Position numbers and translations under genes: made by a program. From an uncultured Acidobacteriaceae bacterium (GTDB taxonomy: Bacteria > Acidobacteriota > Terriglobia > Terriglobales > Acidobacteriaceae): a stretch of DNA of 64,000 nucleotides. Where the stretch lies: positions 14,283-78,282 of the forward strand of contig CAXTLR010000014.1 of assembly GCA_964245195.1 (NCBI GenBank), in the 5' to 3' direction. This document shows, one piece after another, positions 27,620 to 38,107 of the stretch. Every line of letters starts with the position of its first letter. Position 1 is the first letter of the stretch. The notes under the pieces are model-generated. The model did no database searches. It saw only the letters and a program-made list of their open reading frames with translations, and had not been told where the DNA came from.

Positions 27620-30600
27620 CTAGGCCTGCGCTGCAGCCATCGCCGGCAAACTCGGCAACACTCTCCGCACATTGAATCCCATCGGAGCGGCCACAAATCC
27701 TGCGTCGAGCAGCACGCGCGCCATCCAGCTCGCGCCCACTGCCTGGCCGTTCACACTCGTCAACAGCATCCCGCCCTCGCCCTGCGCACGGGTGACCAGA
27801 AATTCGGAGAGCGCCTTCGCAGCCTGCGTCCGAGCCGGCTCCTCCTCCGGCAGAAACGCCTGCAGATTCGGATTCCCGCGGCGCAGATACGCAATCAGCG
27901 AGCCGTCGCAGAGCACCACCCGCGCCCCCACGCTCCGCGTCAGCGACGACCCCTCATCCCCACCCGCCGGCCACTTCAGCAGCGAGCCATACGGATTCGC
28001 CGGATCGGTCGCCGCCAGCATCAGCATCTCGCTTTTATCGCCGTCGCGCTTCACCCGCAGGCTGCGCAGCAGGTCCACCGCCGCCGGCATGGCAAACTGC
28101 GTCGCGCCCAAATCCGCCGCGAAATACCCGCGCCGCACCCGGCCGCTCTCCTCCAATGCCTTCAGCACATCGTAGACCGCCGAGAAGCCGCCCGGAAGCC
28201 CCTCTGCATGCGCCGTCTCGCGAAACACGACTCCATAGCGCGCCAGCAGCTGCTGGGCAATGGCATGGCTCCACTCGGTCGCGCTCCGGCCCTCGTCGAA
28301 GGCAACCGCATTCAACGACCAGCGTCCCTGCGCCGTCGGCGGAGTCGTCCGCCGCGATCGAAAACCCGTCTGCTGATGCACCTTCCGCGCCGGCTTGGCG
28401 TTCCTGGTATTCGAAGCCGTCCGCTCGCAGTAAGCGCGCAGCGCATGCAGCGCATCGTTGTTCAGCAGCCCACGCCACACCAGGTTCCACACCGCTTCCA
28501 GCGTTTCCCCCGGGTAGCCGCCGCCGGTACCATCGTGCAGCTCCTGAAAGAACGAAGCTCCCCTCGCCCGCAGATACTCAACGATCTTGCCTTCCCTCTC
28601 TGCAGTCGGGCCCTCCGCTGGCTCCTGAGACCTGGGTGCTACCGGCCACAAGACCGGCAGATTCTCCGACAAATACAGCGCCACACGCCCATCCTTCTCG
28701 CCGATCGCCTCCACGCCGCACCACACCACCTCCCCCGCGGCGATCAGGGTGTCCAGGTCCGCCGGCTTGTAACCAAAAAGGCGCGCGGGCAGAACCTCAC
28801 TCTCGAGCACAGACGCAGGCACCGGCGCTCCCTGCAGGTTTTCGATCACGTCCAGCAGCGCGTCCAGCCCCCGCCGCGGCTGCACGACGCCCTGCCAGCG
28901 CGTGAACAGCCGGGCCAGCGTCGCCTGCTCGACCGGCTCGACCTCCTTGCGCAGCCGCGCCAGCGATCGCCGCCGGATTGTCCGCAGCACCTCGTGGTCG
29001 CACCACTCGCGATGCACTCCTCCCGGCCGAAACCCGCCCTCGACAATCCGACCCGTCTGCACCAGCCGGTTCAGCACCACCTCCGCCGTTTCCAGAGCCA
29101 GGCCGAATCGCTTGGCCACCTCCGCAGTCGTAAACGGTCCATGCGTCCGTCCGAATCTCCGCAGCAGATCGAGCGCCGCATCCGGCACCGCCACCTGAAA
29201 CGCAGTCGGCAACCCTGGCGGCAGCGGCACTCCCAGCGCATCTCGATACCGGCCAGCGTCTTCGACCGCAATCAGCCGCTTCTCCCCGGCAACGGAAACT
29301 TCAAGCACCCGCAAACTTTTTCGCAGGCGCTCGACGGTCAGGGCGATCTCCGGCGAAACGCAGCGCGCCAGCAGCTCGTCGCGCCGCAGGTCTCCGATCT
29401 TCAGCAGCAGATCATGCACGCCATCCATCGAGCGCGCTTTGTACGTCTCGGCCAGGCACTGCAGCTGTTCTTCGGTCTCTTCAATCGCCGCCAGGTCCAG
29501 CAACTCGCGCAGATCCGCGTCGCCCATCAGCTCGCGCAGCTGGTCCTGGTCGATCGACAACGCCTGCGCCCGCCGTTCCGCCAACGGAGCATCGCCGTCA
29601 TAGATATAGTTAGCGACATAGCTGAACAGCAGCGCCGCGGCAAACGGGGACGGCGTCCGCGAATCGACCGTATGCACCCGCAGGCTACGGTTCCCTACCC
29701 CGCGCAGAATCTCCATCAGCGCCGGCATGTCAAACACATCGCGCAGGCACTCGCGATACGCTTCGAGCAGAATGGGGAAGCTCGCATAGCGGCTCGCGAC
29801 ACTCAGCAGGTCATACGCCCGCTTGCGCTGCTGCCACAACGGCGTTCGTCCATCCGCACGTCGCCGCGGCAGGAGCAGCGCCCGCGAAGCGCTCTCCCGG
29901 AACTTTGCCGCAAACACCGCCGTCGATCCCAGCTGGCGCAGTACCAACTCCGCCGCCTCGTCCGGTTCAAGCAGCAGATGATCCACGCTGGGCGGCTCAT
30001 CCGTCTCCGGAAAACGCAGAACGAACCCGTCCTCGCTCCACATCGTCTCAACCTCCGGGCCGCCGTTCGCCCGCAGCCGCGCCGTCGCTGCCATCGCCCA
30101 GGGCGCATGGATCTTCGAGCCAAAGGGCGTCAGGCAGCACATTCGCCAGTCTCCGAGCTCGTCGCGCACCCGCTCGATCACGATGTTGCGATCGTCCGGA
30201 ACCTGTCCGCTCGCCAGCTCCTGGTCGGCCAGGTACCGCATCACATTCTCCGCCGCCTGCGGATCCAGATCGTGTTCCGACGTGAGCGTTGAGACGGCAA
30301 CACTACGCGGCATCTCTCGCAGCGTCCTCACCAGGCCACCGATGCGCCGGCCAAACTCCATTGGCCGACCCGCCTGGTCCCCATGCCAGAACGGCATCTT
30401 GCCCGGATCGCCGGGAGCCGGGCTCACCAGCACGCGGTCATGCGTGATCTCCTCCACCCGCCACGTGCTCGCGCCCAGGATAAACGTGTCGCCCGTTCGC
30501 TGCTCGAAGACCATCTCCTCATCCAGCTCGCCCACGCGCACCGGCTTGCCCTGCGCCGTCCCGGCAAGAAACACGCCATACAGTCCCCGGTCCGGGATTG

Positions 30601-32383
30601 TCCCGCCATTCAGGATGGCAATCTTCTTGACGCCCTGCCGCGGAGTCAGCCAGTTCCGCTGCCGATCCCAGGTGACCCGCGGACGAAGCTCCGCAAATTC
30701 GTCGCTGGGGTAACGCCCTGCCAGCATGTCCAGGACGCCGTCGAAGACCGCCTGGCTCAGCGCCGCATAGTTCGCCGCGCCACGCACCAGGCCCAGCAGA
30801 CCCGCATAACTGATTCCCGGGCTCTCGTCCTCATCCGTCTTGCCCTTCGTTCTCCGCTCCGCAGCCTCCAGCTCCAGCGGCGGATGCGCCACAACCGCCA
30901 CCATCTGCTGCGCCAGCACGTCGAGCGCATTGCGCAGAAATCGCGTCGACTCAACGTGTCCCTCGTGCATCGCCCGCGTCACGGCCGCGCACGCGACTAG
31001 GTCCGCCCGGTACTTCGGAAAGATGATCCCGTTCGACGGCATCCCCACCTGGTGCCCGGCGCGCCCGATCCTCTGCATCCCACTCGCAACCGAAGGCGGC
31101 GCCTCGATCTGGATCACCAGGTCGATCGCCCCCATGTCGATCCCCAGCTCGAGCGACGAAGTGCACACCAGCGCCTTGATTCGGCCGGCCTTCAGCAGTT
31201 CTTCGATCTCGGTCCTCTGCGCCGCGGCCAGCGAGCCATGGTGCGCCCTCGCAATCGGCTCGCCGGCCAGATCGTTCAGCGCTCCGGCAAGCCGCTCCGC
31301 CACACGCCGCGCGTTCACAAAGATCAGCGTCGACGTCCGCTCCCGAATAATCTCAAGCAGGCGCGGATGAATGCTCTGCCAGATGCTCGTCCGCTTCGGA
31401 GACTGACTCGCCGGCCCACTCGGAATGTCCTGAATCTCGCCGAGCTTGGCCATGTCCTCCACCGGAACCTCCACCCGCAGATCGAGGACCTTGCGCGCGC
31501 CCGCGTTCACGATCGTCACAGGACGAAAGCGCGGGCCGCCCGCCGCCGGCTCCGCCTCATCCCGCGCCACCTCCATCAACGCCGCCGGCACCTCCCCCTC
31601 CACGTTGGCCTGCAGCAAGGCTTTCCCTTCGCTGGCAAGGAGCGGCTGAGAACCACTTCCCTGCTCCGCTCCCCCCAGAAACCGCGCCACCTCCTCAAGC
31701 GGACGCTGCGTTGCGGACAAACCAATCCGTTGCAACCTCGCCCCGGGCCGTGACGCCGCAACCAGCGCCTCCAGACGCTCCAGCGAAAGCGCCATGTGCG
31801 CCCCTCGCTTGGTCGGCACCAGAGCGTGAATCTCGTCCACAATCACCGTCTCGACCGTCCGCAGCTGCTCCCCAGCCGCGCTGGTCAGCATTAGGTAAAG
31901 CGACTCCGGCGTCGTAATGAGGATGTCGCCAGGATGCCGATTGAAGCGGGTCCGGTCCTTGGCGGACGTGTCTCCGGTGCGGACGCTGATCTCGGGCAGA
32001 TGAACCGCGACCCCCTCGCGCTTCGCCAGGTTGGCGATCCCTGCCAAAGGCGACCGCAAATTGCGCTCAACATCCGCGGCCAACGCCTTCAAGGGAGACA
32101 GGTACAGCACACGGCAGCCGCGCTTTTCATCTTCCACAGGTGCTCTCAACATCAATCGGTCGAGACACCAGAGGAAGGCCGTCAGCGTCTTGCCTGTGCC
32201 GGTAGGGGCAAGGATAAGCGTGGACTCGCCGCGCGCGATCGCCGGCCAACCCTCAATCTGGGGAGCCGTGGGTCCGTCGAAGACCTCGCGAAACCACTGA
32301 GCGGTCACAGGGTGAAACAACGATAGAGCCGCGTCTGCAGCACTTTCCTCCGGCTTGCTCTTGCTGCCTGTCGACCGCCCCAT
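27620..32383 (-). CDS. lhr: Long-form Lhr SF2 DNA helicase (core plus C-terminal winged-helix/glycosylase-like domain), paralogue 1
   Basis: APTGTGKT, DEIH, SAT, SLELGIDMG, QRIGRAGH, GGTIPD and CTD motifs (RWQGV, GRWSL, LLARYGVVFRE, GRVRRGYF). Confidence 0.92.
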   Translation of the reverse strand: MGRSTGSKSKPEESAADAALSLFHPVTAQWFREVFDGPTAPQIEGWPAIARGESTLILAPTGTGKTLTAFLWCLDRLMLRAPVEDEKRGCRVLYLSPLKALAADVERNLRSPLAGIANLAKREGVAVHLPEISVRTGDTSAKDRTRFNRHPGDILITTPESLYLMLTSAAGEQLRTVETVIVDEIHALVPTKRGAHMALSLERLEALVAASRPGARLQRIGLSATQRPLEEVARFLGGAEQGSGSQPLLASEGKALLQANVEGEVPAALMEVARDEAEPAAGGPRFRPVTIVNAGARKVLDLRVEVPVEDMAKLGEIQDIPSGPASQSPKRTSIWQSIHPRLLEIIRERTSTLIFVNARRVAERLAGALNDLAGEPIARAHHGSLAAAQRTEIEELLKAGRIKALVCTSSLELGIDMGAIDLVIQIEAPPSVASGMQRIGRAGHQVGMPSNGIIFPKYRADLVACAAVTRAMHEGHVESTRFLRNALDVLAQQMVAVVAHPPLELEAAERRTKGKTDEDESPGISYAGLLGLVRGAANYAALSQAVFDGVLDMLAGRYPSDEFAELRPRVTWDRQRNWLTPRQGVKKIAILNGGTIPDRGLYGVFLAGTAQGKPVRVGELDEEMVFEQRTGDTFILGASTWRVEEITHDRVLVSPAPGDPGKMPFWHGDQAGRPMEFGRRIGGLVRTLREMPRSVAVSTLTSEHDLDPQAAENVMRYLADQELASGQVPDDRNIVIERVRDELGDWRMCCLTPFGSKIHAPWAMAATARLRANGGPEVETMWSEDGFVLRFPETDEPPSVDHLLLEPDEAAELVLRQLGSTAVFAAKFRESASRALLLPRRRADGRTPLWQQRKRAYDLLSVASRYASFPILLEAYRECLRDVFDMPALMEILRGVGNRSLRVHTVDSRTPSPFAAALLFSYVANYIYDGDAPLAERRAQALSIDQDQLRELMGDADLRELLDLAAIEETEEQLQCLAETYKARSMDGVHDLLLKIGDLRRDELLARCVSPEIALTVERLRKSLRVLEVSVAGEKRLIAVEDAGRYRDALGVPLPPGLPTAFQVAVPDAALDLLRRFGRTHGPFTTAEVAKRFGLALETAEVVLNRLVQTGRIVEGGFRPGGVHREWCDHEVLRTIRRRSLARLRKEVEPVEQATLARLFTRWQGVVQPRRGLDALLDVIENLQGAPVPASVLESEVLPARLFGYKPADLDTLIAAGEVVWCGVEAIGEKDGRVALYLSENLPVLWPVAPRSQEPAEGPTAEREGKIVEYLRARGASFFQELHDGTGGGYPGETLEAVWNLVWRGLLNNDALHALRAYCERTASNTRNAKPARKVHQQTGFRSRRTTPPTAQGRWSLNAVAFDEGRSATEWSHAIAQQLLARYGVVFRETAHAEGLPGGFSAVYDVLKALEESGRVRRGYFAADLGATQFAMPAAVDLLRSLRVKRDGDKSEMLMLAATDPANPYGSLLKWPAGGDEGSSLTRSVGARVVLCDGSLIAYLRRGNPNLQAFLPEEEPARTQAAKALSEFLVTRAQGEGGMLLTSVNGQAVGASWMARVLLDAGFVAAPMGFNVRRVLPSLPAMAAAQA

Positions 32384-32459
32384 CCCTACGTGTCCGCCTA
32401 ATCCCATTCTAGGGCTTCCATGCACCCGGCTCATGTTCGCGTTGAGGAGAGGACATGGT

Positions 32460-33302
32460 CTAAACGCGGTTTCGCACCTCCTCCTTCACTGGCCTGTAAA
32501 AATAGCAATTTTTCGTGAACTGCGCTCGAAACAGCTCGGTAGAATCCTCAGCCTGCTCCGCATTGCCCAGAATCAGAAAGCCGCCGGGACTCAGGCGCCG
32601 ATGAACCTCGCGGAAGACAGTAGTACGATCCGGCTGAGAGAAGTACAGCAGAACGTTGCGGAGAAGAATCAGATCAAAAAGGAACGTGCGTGTTGGCGGA
32701 GCGCAGAGATTGCCAACCTCAAACTCGCATCGTGCCTTTAGCCCGTCACTCACCTCCCACTCGTCTTCGTCGCGACGGAAATGTTTCAACAGCAGTCTCG
32801 CAGGCAAGCCACGATTGACCTCAAGCCGCCTGTAACGACCGCGCTTCGCGTACTCGATCACCTCTCGCGAAAGGTCCGTTCCGATAATCCGGATATCCCA
32901 CCGCGCCAGGTGCGGAAAGTGTTCCGCAAGCAGCATCGCAACGCTATACGCCTCCTGCCCAGTCGAGCTTGCTGCGCTCCAGATCCGAAGCTTTCGTTCC
33001 GCGCTTCTCTGCTCAATCAGCTGTGGAAGCACTTGGTCGCGCAGCACATCGAACGGCTTCACATCGCGGAAGAAGCTTGTCTCGTTGATCGTCATCGCTT
33101 CCGCGACCGCTCGATGCAACGGCGCAGACCGATTTTCCCGGAGAAGACCTACCAAACCCTCCAGATTGCCAGCGCCCGCAACCCGAACCAAAGGCTGCAA
33201 CCGGCTCTCGAACAGGGTTTTGCGCGAAGAATCTACAACATTGGCCGACTGCGTCTGGACCAGTTCGCGCAGATAGGCGTAGTCCGCGTCAGAGCACGGC
33301 AT
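32460..33302 (-). CDS. cheR: Chemotaxis methyltransferase CheR
   Basis: Motifs INETSFFRD, RIWSAASSTGQEAYS, GTDLS and FDLILLRNVLLYF. Confidence 0.95.
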   Translation of the reverse strand: MPCSDADYAYLRELVQTQSANVVDSSRKTLFESRLQPLVRVAGAGNLEGLVGLLRENRSAPLHRAVAEAMTINETSFFRDVKPFDVLRDQVLPQLIEQRSAERKLRIWSAASSTGQEAYSVAMLLAEHFPHLARWDIRIIGTDLSREVIEYAKRGRYRRLEVNRGLPARLLLKHFRRDEDEWEVSDGLKARCEFEVGNLCAPPTRTFLFDLILLRNVLLYFSQPDRTTVFREVHRRLSPGGFLILGNAEQAEDSTELFRAQFTKNCYFYRPVKEEVRNRV

Positions 33303-34455
33303 GCAGCACCTCCCGTCCGTCCAGACTTCGTTGCGACCAGGGAGTAGGCAGGCGTCCGAAGTTCACCCGTTCCATGAGCTCTCTGGCAAGATCGGGCAAC
33401 GCAATCGTGGCGCAGGAGATGCCTTCCTTGACCACCCTGCCTGGCATCCCCCATACCGCAGACGAAGCTTCATCCTGAGCCAGCACCGAGCCTCCCGCAG
33501 CCTGCACGGCGCGTGCTCCGTCAAGTCCGTCCGAGCCCATACCGGTCATCATCACTGCCAGGGTCGACCCTCCGTAGAGCCTTGCCGCGGAATGAAAAAG
33601 ATAATCCACGGAGGGCTTACAGCTATTCAGGGGAACACCTTGATGCAGCTTGATCAAGCCTCCGGGCGCGATCTCCATATGAGCGTCCCCCGGAGCAAGC
33701 CAGATCCCGCCCGGTTTCACTGCGTCCCCGTTCTTAGCCTCTTTCACCGAGAGGCGACACAGCCGATTCAGCCGTTCCGACAAGGCACTTGTAAACAGCT
33801 TCGGCATATGCTGTACCACGAGGACCGGAGCATCAAAGCTTTCAGGCAAAGCGGGCAGCATCGCTTCCAGGGCGGCTGGACCTCCGGTCGACAAGCCAAT
33901 CACCACCAACTCCGCTCGCGTTCTAGACTCTGGGCTTGGACACGGCGGCGGAGACGAAAATAGTGCAGAACTGGCTCTCAACTCCAACCCGGCCCGGCCA
34001 GGCTCCGGCAGGCGAGCAGCCATCGCAATTTTCGGCAGCAGCTGCTCCATAAGGAGCTTGAACGAGGAAGCCACATCGTCCTGATGTCGCGGCTTCATCA
34101 CATAGTCCTCGGCACCACGGGCCAGCGCATCGAGAGTCGTCCGAGCGCCGCGCTCGGTATGTGCGCTGCACAGGATCACCGGTAACGCGGGCGCCTGAAT
34201 GCGCAGGATGTCCAGCACTTGCAATCCATTCAGCCGCGGCATCTCAAGGTCCAGCAGCAACACGTCCGGCTGTAGCGCACGCACGCAGTCAAGCGCCTCC
34301 TGCCCATCCCGGACGACTCCGCACAGCTCCATCGCGGGCAGCCGGGACGAAATATCCGACGCATGCATCTGAAAGATAGTCCGGATTACACCGCGCATCA
34401 CCGCTGAGTCGTCTGCTGCGAGCACCCGCACCGTACGCCTGGTTTCTATCGTCAT
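33289..34455 (-). CDS. cheB: Chemotaxis methylesterase CheB (REC + esterase)
   Basis: REC domain (LDLEMP) and catalytic triad motifs GLSTGGP, QHMP and GMGSDG. Confidence 0.95.
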   Translation of the reverse strand: MTIETRRTVRVLAADDSAVMRGVIRTIFQMHASDISSRLPAMELCGVVRDGQEALDCVRALQPDVLLLDLEMPRLNGLQVLDILRIQAPALPVILCSAHTERGARTTLDALARGAEDYVMKPRHQDDVASSFKLLMEQLLPKIAMAARLPEPGRAGLELRASSALFSSPPPCPSPESRTRAELVVIGLSTGGPAALEAMLPALPESFDAPVLVVQHMPKLFTSALSERLNRLCRLSVKEAKNGDAVKPGGIWLAPGDAHMEIAPGGLIKLHQGVPLNSCKPSVDYLFHSAARLYGGSTLAVMMTGMGSDGLDGARAVQAAGGSVLAQDEASSAVWGMPGRVVKEGISCATIALPDLARELMERVNFGRLPTPWSQRSLDGREVLHAVL

Positions 34456-34492
34456 CCGTTCCGTTTCCCTTCATCCGGTAACCGCACGCACA

Positions 34493-34867
34493 TCACTTAG
34501 CACTGGCAAATCCCATCAGCAACAACTTCTCTTTCAAGCTTTGCGACGTAAACGGCTTCATTAGAAACTCATCCGCGCCGTATGACAGAGCACGAGAGAT
34601 AAAGCTGTCGTCCGTCTCGGTGGTGATCATCATGACCTTCATCTCGGGGCCCAGTCCCTCCTCGCGCAGACATTTCACGAAGGCCAACCCATCCATTCGC
34701 GGCATGTTTACGTCTGTCAGGGTCAGGTCGAAACGCTCTTCACGACGCAACACATCCAGCCCCTCTTTGCCGTCTTGCGCCTCAACGCAGGTCACTCCAA
34801 GGCTCACAAGATGTTCGCGCAGGTGCTTGCGAATAAAGCTCGAATCGTCGACAATCAGCGCTCTCAT
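34493..34867 (-). CDS. cheY: CheY-like single-domain response regulator
   Basis: Motifs IVDDS, LTDVNMP, MITTE and FLMKPF, inside the che operon. Confidence 0.9.
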   Translation of the reverse strand: MRALIVDDSSFIRKHLREHLVSLGVTCVEAQDGKEGLDVLRREERFDLTLTDVNMPRMDGLAFVKCLREEGLGPEMKVMMITTETDDSFISRALSYGADEFLMKPFTSQSLKEKLLLMGFASAK

Positions 34868-35376
34868 TGCACTCCTCCGGCCGTTTCGAACCTGAAAAGC
34901 CCCGCTTCTACCAAATGTTCCGGCCTAAGGCGATGGGCATCCAGTTGAACGAGCAATCCTTCCGGAACACGGTATGCTCCACGAAACAGGGCTTTGCTGT
35001 TCGCGTCGAGCGTGGTTGGATTCGCAACCAACGTCTTCGCCTCGACCTCCACAACTCCGCCTACCCAGTCCACGAGAAGTCCGAACGGGCTCCCTTCTCC
35101 GTCCAGCACCAGCAAGCGGCCCTGCTCTCGATTTGGCGGCAGGCCCAGAAGGCAGCGAAGATCCACCGCGGTGAGCACCTCGCCTCGATAGGCGAGAACC
35201 CCGGCTAGAAAAGCGGGGGCTAGTGGTACTGCTTGCACCTTCTTCGGCCCAAGCACCTCCCGGATCTGGCGCGTGTCAATGCCAAACAGGCGTCCATCCA
35301 CCGTAAGCCAGCACAACGATAAACTTTCCTGCGCAGTTACACCTGCCTGCGGCTTCTCACTCTCGAGTGCGGTCAT
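34864..35376 (-). CDS. cheW: CheW coupling protein
   Basis: Motifs FGIDTRQIREV, VPLAPAFLAGVLAYRGEVLTAVDL and FGLLVD. Confidence 0.93.
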   Translation of the reverse strand: MTALESEKPQAGVTAQESLSLCWLTVDGRLFGIDTRQIREVLGPKKVQAVPLAPAFLAGVLAYRGEVLTAVDLRCLLGLPPNREQGRLLVLDGEGSPFGLLVDWVGGVVEVEAKTLVANPTTLDANSKALFRGAYRVPEGLLVQLDAHRLRPEHLVEAGLFRFETAGGVQ

Positions 35377-37619
35377 GAGACTTCCTCCAGAATATGCTGA
35401 TCGCCGAACTCTTCATGCACCACGGCAAGCCGATCATTCACCAGCGCAAGCCGTTCTGGACATACGCGCGCTGTTCCGTCCAGCAATTCACCCTGCGCGA
35501 GATCGAGCACACTGCGTACCACAACGCCGAACCTCTGCTTGCGTCCGCTCTCCAAAGATTTCGCGCAAATCAGAATGGTTAGGTTTGCCTCTGGTTCCGC
35601 CTCTGACAGCACTGAGCCGGCATCCTCAAGTGCCAGCAACTCACCCCGGTAGCGCAATACCGCTCGCTTGCCGACATACTCCACTTGGTGGGCGGCTACG
35701 CTTTCAATCCGCTCCACCGCACGCAGCGGCAAAGCTTTACGCTCGGCATCCAGAGCCGTCTCTGGTTCAGTATCGGTGCGGAAACCGGCTTCAGCATCCT
35801 GACCCATAGCTCGACTCCGCCGCGATCTTGGCTGACGATCCTCAAAGAGCAAGAAAGATTCCTGCAAACTTACTTCAGGCATCGTCGGCAGCGGCGCCGC
35901 TGTCGGCTCCATGGAACGTCCTACTCCCGCCCGCGCAGCGGTGGCCGCGATGTCGACAATCATCGCCAGCGTTCCGTTGCCGAGTACCGTCGCTCCGGAG
36001 AAAAGCCCGATCTCACGAAGTCCCGACGAAAGCGGCTTCACCACAATCTCCTCAGGGGTCAGAATGTCGTCGACGACCAGCCCAAAGCGGCAGCCTTCAA
36101 GCTCCAGCACGACCAGGTAGAAGCCTTGCACGTCTTCTTTCTTCTTTTCACTTCTTAGGCCTAGCATCCGGTCCAGCCGGACCATCGGCAGCAGAGTCTC
36201 GCGAAGGCGATAAAGTTCCGCTTGCCCCATGTATTCGACAGCCATTGCAGCGTCTCTTTCCGGCACATACACAAGCTCGGCAAGCGGTCCTTGCGGCAAG
36301 CAGAAGCTTTGTCCTGCACTCAGCACTACAAGAGCCGGCACGATGGCCAGGGTCAATGGAACCCGTAGCCGCAACGTCGTACCTTGCCCCTCGCACGATT
36401 CCAGTTCCACTGTGCCGCCGGCCTTTTGAACGTTAGCCAAAACAACGTCCATACCGACGCCGCGTCCGGACACGTGAGTGACCGTCTCCGAGGTTGAGAA
36501 ACCAGGCAAAAAGAGCAGCTGCAGCGCCTCTCGGTCGCTCATAGACGCCGCCCGTTCCGGGGTAATCACCTGACGCGCAACCGCCTTTTCCAATACACGC
36601 GCAATCGAGATACCTCTCCCATCATCCGATATCTCAATCAGCACTGAGCCATTGTGCTGCCGCGCCTGCAGCCGGATGACTCCCTCTGGCGGCTTACCTG
36701 CGAGGGCGCGCGCTGAAGGATCCTCGATGCCGTGGTCGACGGCATTGCGGACTGCGTGCGCGATCGGATCTTTAATCGCTTCCAGCAAACTTTTGTCCAA
36801 CCCGGTTTCTTGTCCGGAAAACTGCAGACGGATATGCTTGCCGCAGCTCTTTGACAGGTCGCGGATCATGCGTGGGAACTTCCCGAACAAGTGGCCGACC
36901 GGCTGCATGCGTGCTTGCATAACAGTCTCTCGCAGCTCGGCCGTAACGCTATCCAACCTTCGGGTCAGTTCGGAGAACTGAGGAGCTACCGAGTGAATCT
37001 GTAAGAGTTGATTGCGGGTCAGCACCAACTCGCCGACCAGATTCATCATGCGATTCAGAACCTCCACATCCACGCGCAGGGTCTGCTCGGCCAAACCTCC
37101 AGACGGTGTAGGGAGAGCATGCGCCGAAGAGAGTTCGACGACCGGGGCCGGCGCGGGCAAAGTCTCTCCCAACCCGCCGCGCTCCTCTACATCCGTGAGT
37201 TCGCCTTCCAAACCGTTGAGGCTTCTAAGAAGAGCTACCAACGTGCTGTCCTGATCCGAGGCCCGAGTGCCTTCTCCGCCGGTCAGCTCAATCAACTTCA
37301 AAATTTGCCGAAGCACGTCCAAAAGCTGCAGCAGTCCACTGATAACCTCTGGAGTGGCCTTGATCCGGCCTTCCCGGAGCGAATCCAACAAGCTCTCGCC
37401 AGCGTGGGCCAGCAGCTCCAGCCGCTTGAAGCCCAGAAAACCAGTCGAGCCTTTAATGGTGTGCACGGCGCGAAAGATATCATCCAGCATCTCGCGGTCG
37501 CCCGGCTGCTGCTCCAGTTCGGTGAGGCACCGCTCCATACGGTCCAAACCGTCCATGCCTTCCGCGAGAAACTCTTTGGTCAAATCGTCCACAGTCTCTA
37601 TATCGGACAGATTCGCCAA
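35373..37619 (-). CDS. cheA: Chemotaxis histidine kinase CheA (Hpt-dimer-HATPase-CheW-degenerate CheW)
   Basis: FRAVHTIKG, NLVGELVLTRNQL, RNAVDHGIE, DDGRG and SGRGVGMDVV. An alternative start is GTG 37592 (MDDLTKEF). Confidence 0.95.
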   Translation of the reverse strand: MANLSDIETVDDLTKEFLAEGMDGLDRMERCLTELEQQPGDREMLDDIFRAVHTIKGSTGFLGFKRLELLAHAGESLLDSLREGRIKATPEVISGLLQLLDVLRQILKLIELTGGEGTRASDQDSTLVALLRSLNGLEGELTDVEERGGLGETLPAPAPVVELSSAHALPTPSGGLAEQTLRVDVEVLNRMMNLVGELVLTRNQLLQIHSVAPQFSELTRRLDSVTAELRETVMQARMQPVGHLFGKFPRMIRDLSKSCGKHIRLQFSGQETGLDKSLLEAIKDPIAHAVRNAVDHGIEDPSARALAGKPPEGVIRLQARQHNGSVLIEISDDGRGISIARVLEKAVARQVITPERAASMSDREALQLLFLPGFSTSETVTHVSGRGVGMDVVLANVQKAGGTVELESCEGQGTTLRLRVPLTLAIVPALVVLSAGQSFCLPQGPLAELVYVPERDAAMAVEYMGQAELYRLRETLLPMVRLDRMLGLRSEKKKEDVQGFYLVVLELEGCRFGLVVDDILTPEEIVVKPLSSGLREIGLFSGATVLGNGTLAMIVDIAATAARAGVGRSMEPTAAPLPTMPEVSLQESFLLFEDRQPRSRRSRAMGQDAEAGFRTDTEPETALDAERKALPLRAVERIESVAAHQVEYVGKRAVLRYRGELLALEDAGSVLSEAEPEANLTILICAKSLESGRKQRFGVVVRSVLDLAQGELLDGTARVCPERLALVNDRLAVVHEEFGDQHILEEVS

Positions 37620-37684
37620 ACCATCAGTCTTTTTTTGAAATACTTGCTAAGTTTTCTCTCGCCCCTTACCCTCAACGGAGACCC

Positions 37685-38107
37685 ATGCCGGAAATTTCCA
37701 CAGCCACAGCTCGAAAAGCCGAGTTGCTCGCCCAGTCCGAGGTTGCCGCCCACCGCGCGTACGCTCCCTACAGCCACTTCTACGTCGGTGCGGCCATCCT
37801 GCTCGACACCGGCGAGATCATCTCCGGCTGCAATGTCGAAAACGCCTCCTTTCGCCTCACCACCTGCGCCGAACAGGCTGCCGTCGCCTGCGCAGTTGCA
37901 GCCTACGGTCCAAACATCCGCATTCGCGCCGTCGCAATCAGCAATCTCAATCACGCCGCCTGCCAGCCCTGCGGAGCCTGCCGTCAGACCCTGGCTGAGT
38001 TCGCTGGCCCCGACACCCTCATCTTCTACCCCGGCGAGACCGAAGAAGTCTGCGCGGGCACGCTTGCCGACCTGCTGCCCGCCTCCTTCCGCCTGACCCC
38101 CCAATGA
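37685..38107 (+). CDS. cdd: Cytidine deaminase
   Basis: Motifs AYAPYSHFYVGAA, GCNVEN, CAEQ and PCGACRQ (tetrameric CDA type). Confidence 0.96.
   Translation: MPEISTATARKAELLAQSEVAAHRAYAPYSHFYVGAAILLDTGEIISGCNVENASFRLTTCAEQAAVACAVAAYGPNIRIRAVAISNLNHAACQPCGACRQTLAEFAGPDTLIFYPGETEEVCAGTLADLLPASFRLTPQ

Noticed and set aside
28627-28636. GAGACCTGGG half-site inside lhr1 matching one arm of the lhr2 palindrome
   Set aside because: There is only one 10-bp arm, with no partner arm or GGGGCACCCGG tail, so it could be chance in 64 kb of high-GC DNA.
27404-30292. 962-aa plus-strand ORF
   Set aside because: It is antisense to lhr1, Arg/Pro-rich and motif-free, so a shadow ORF.
37600-37607. Sigma28-like -10 (TCCGATAT) before cheA
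   Set aside because: There is no matching TAAA -35 box at the required spacing.
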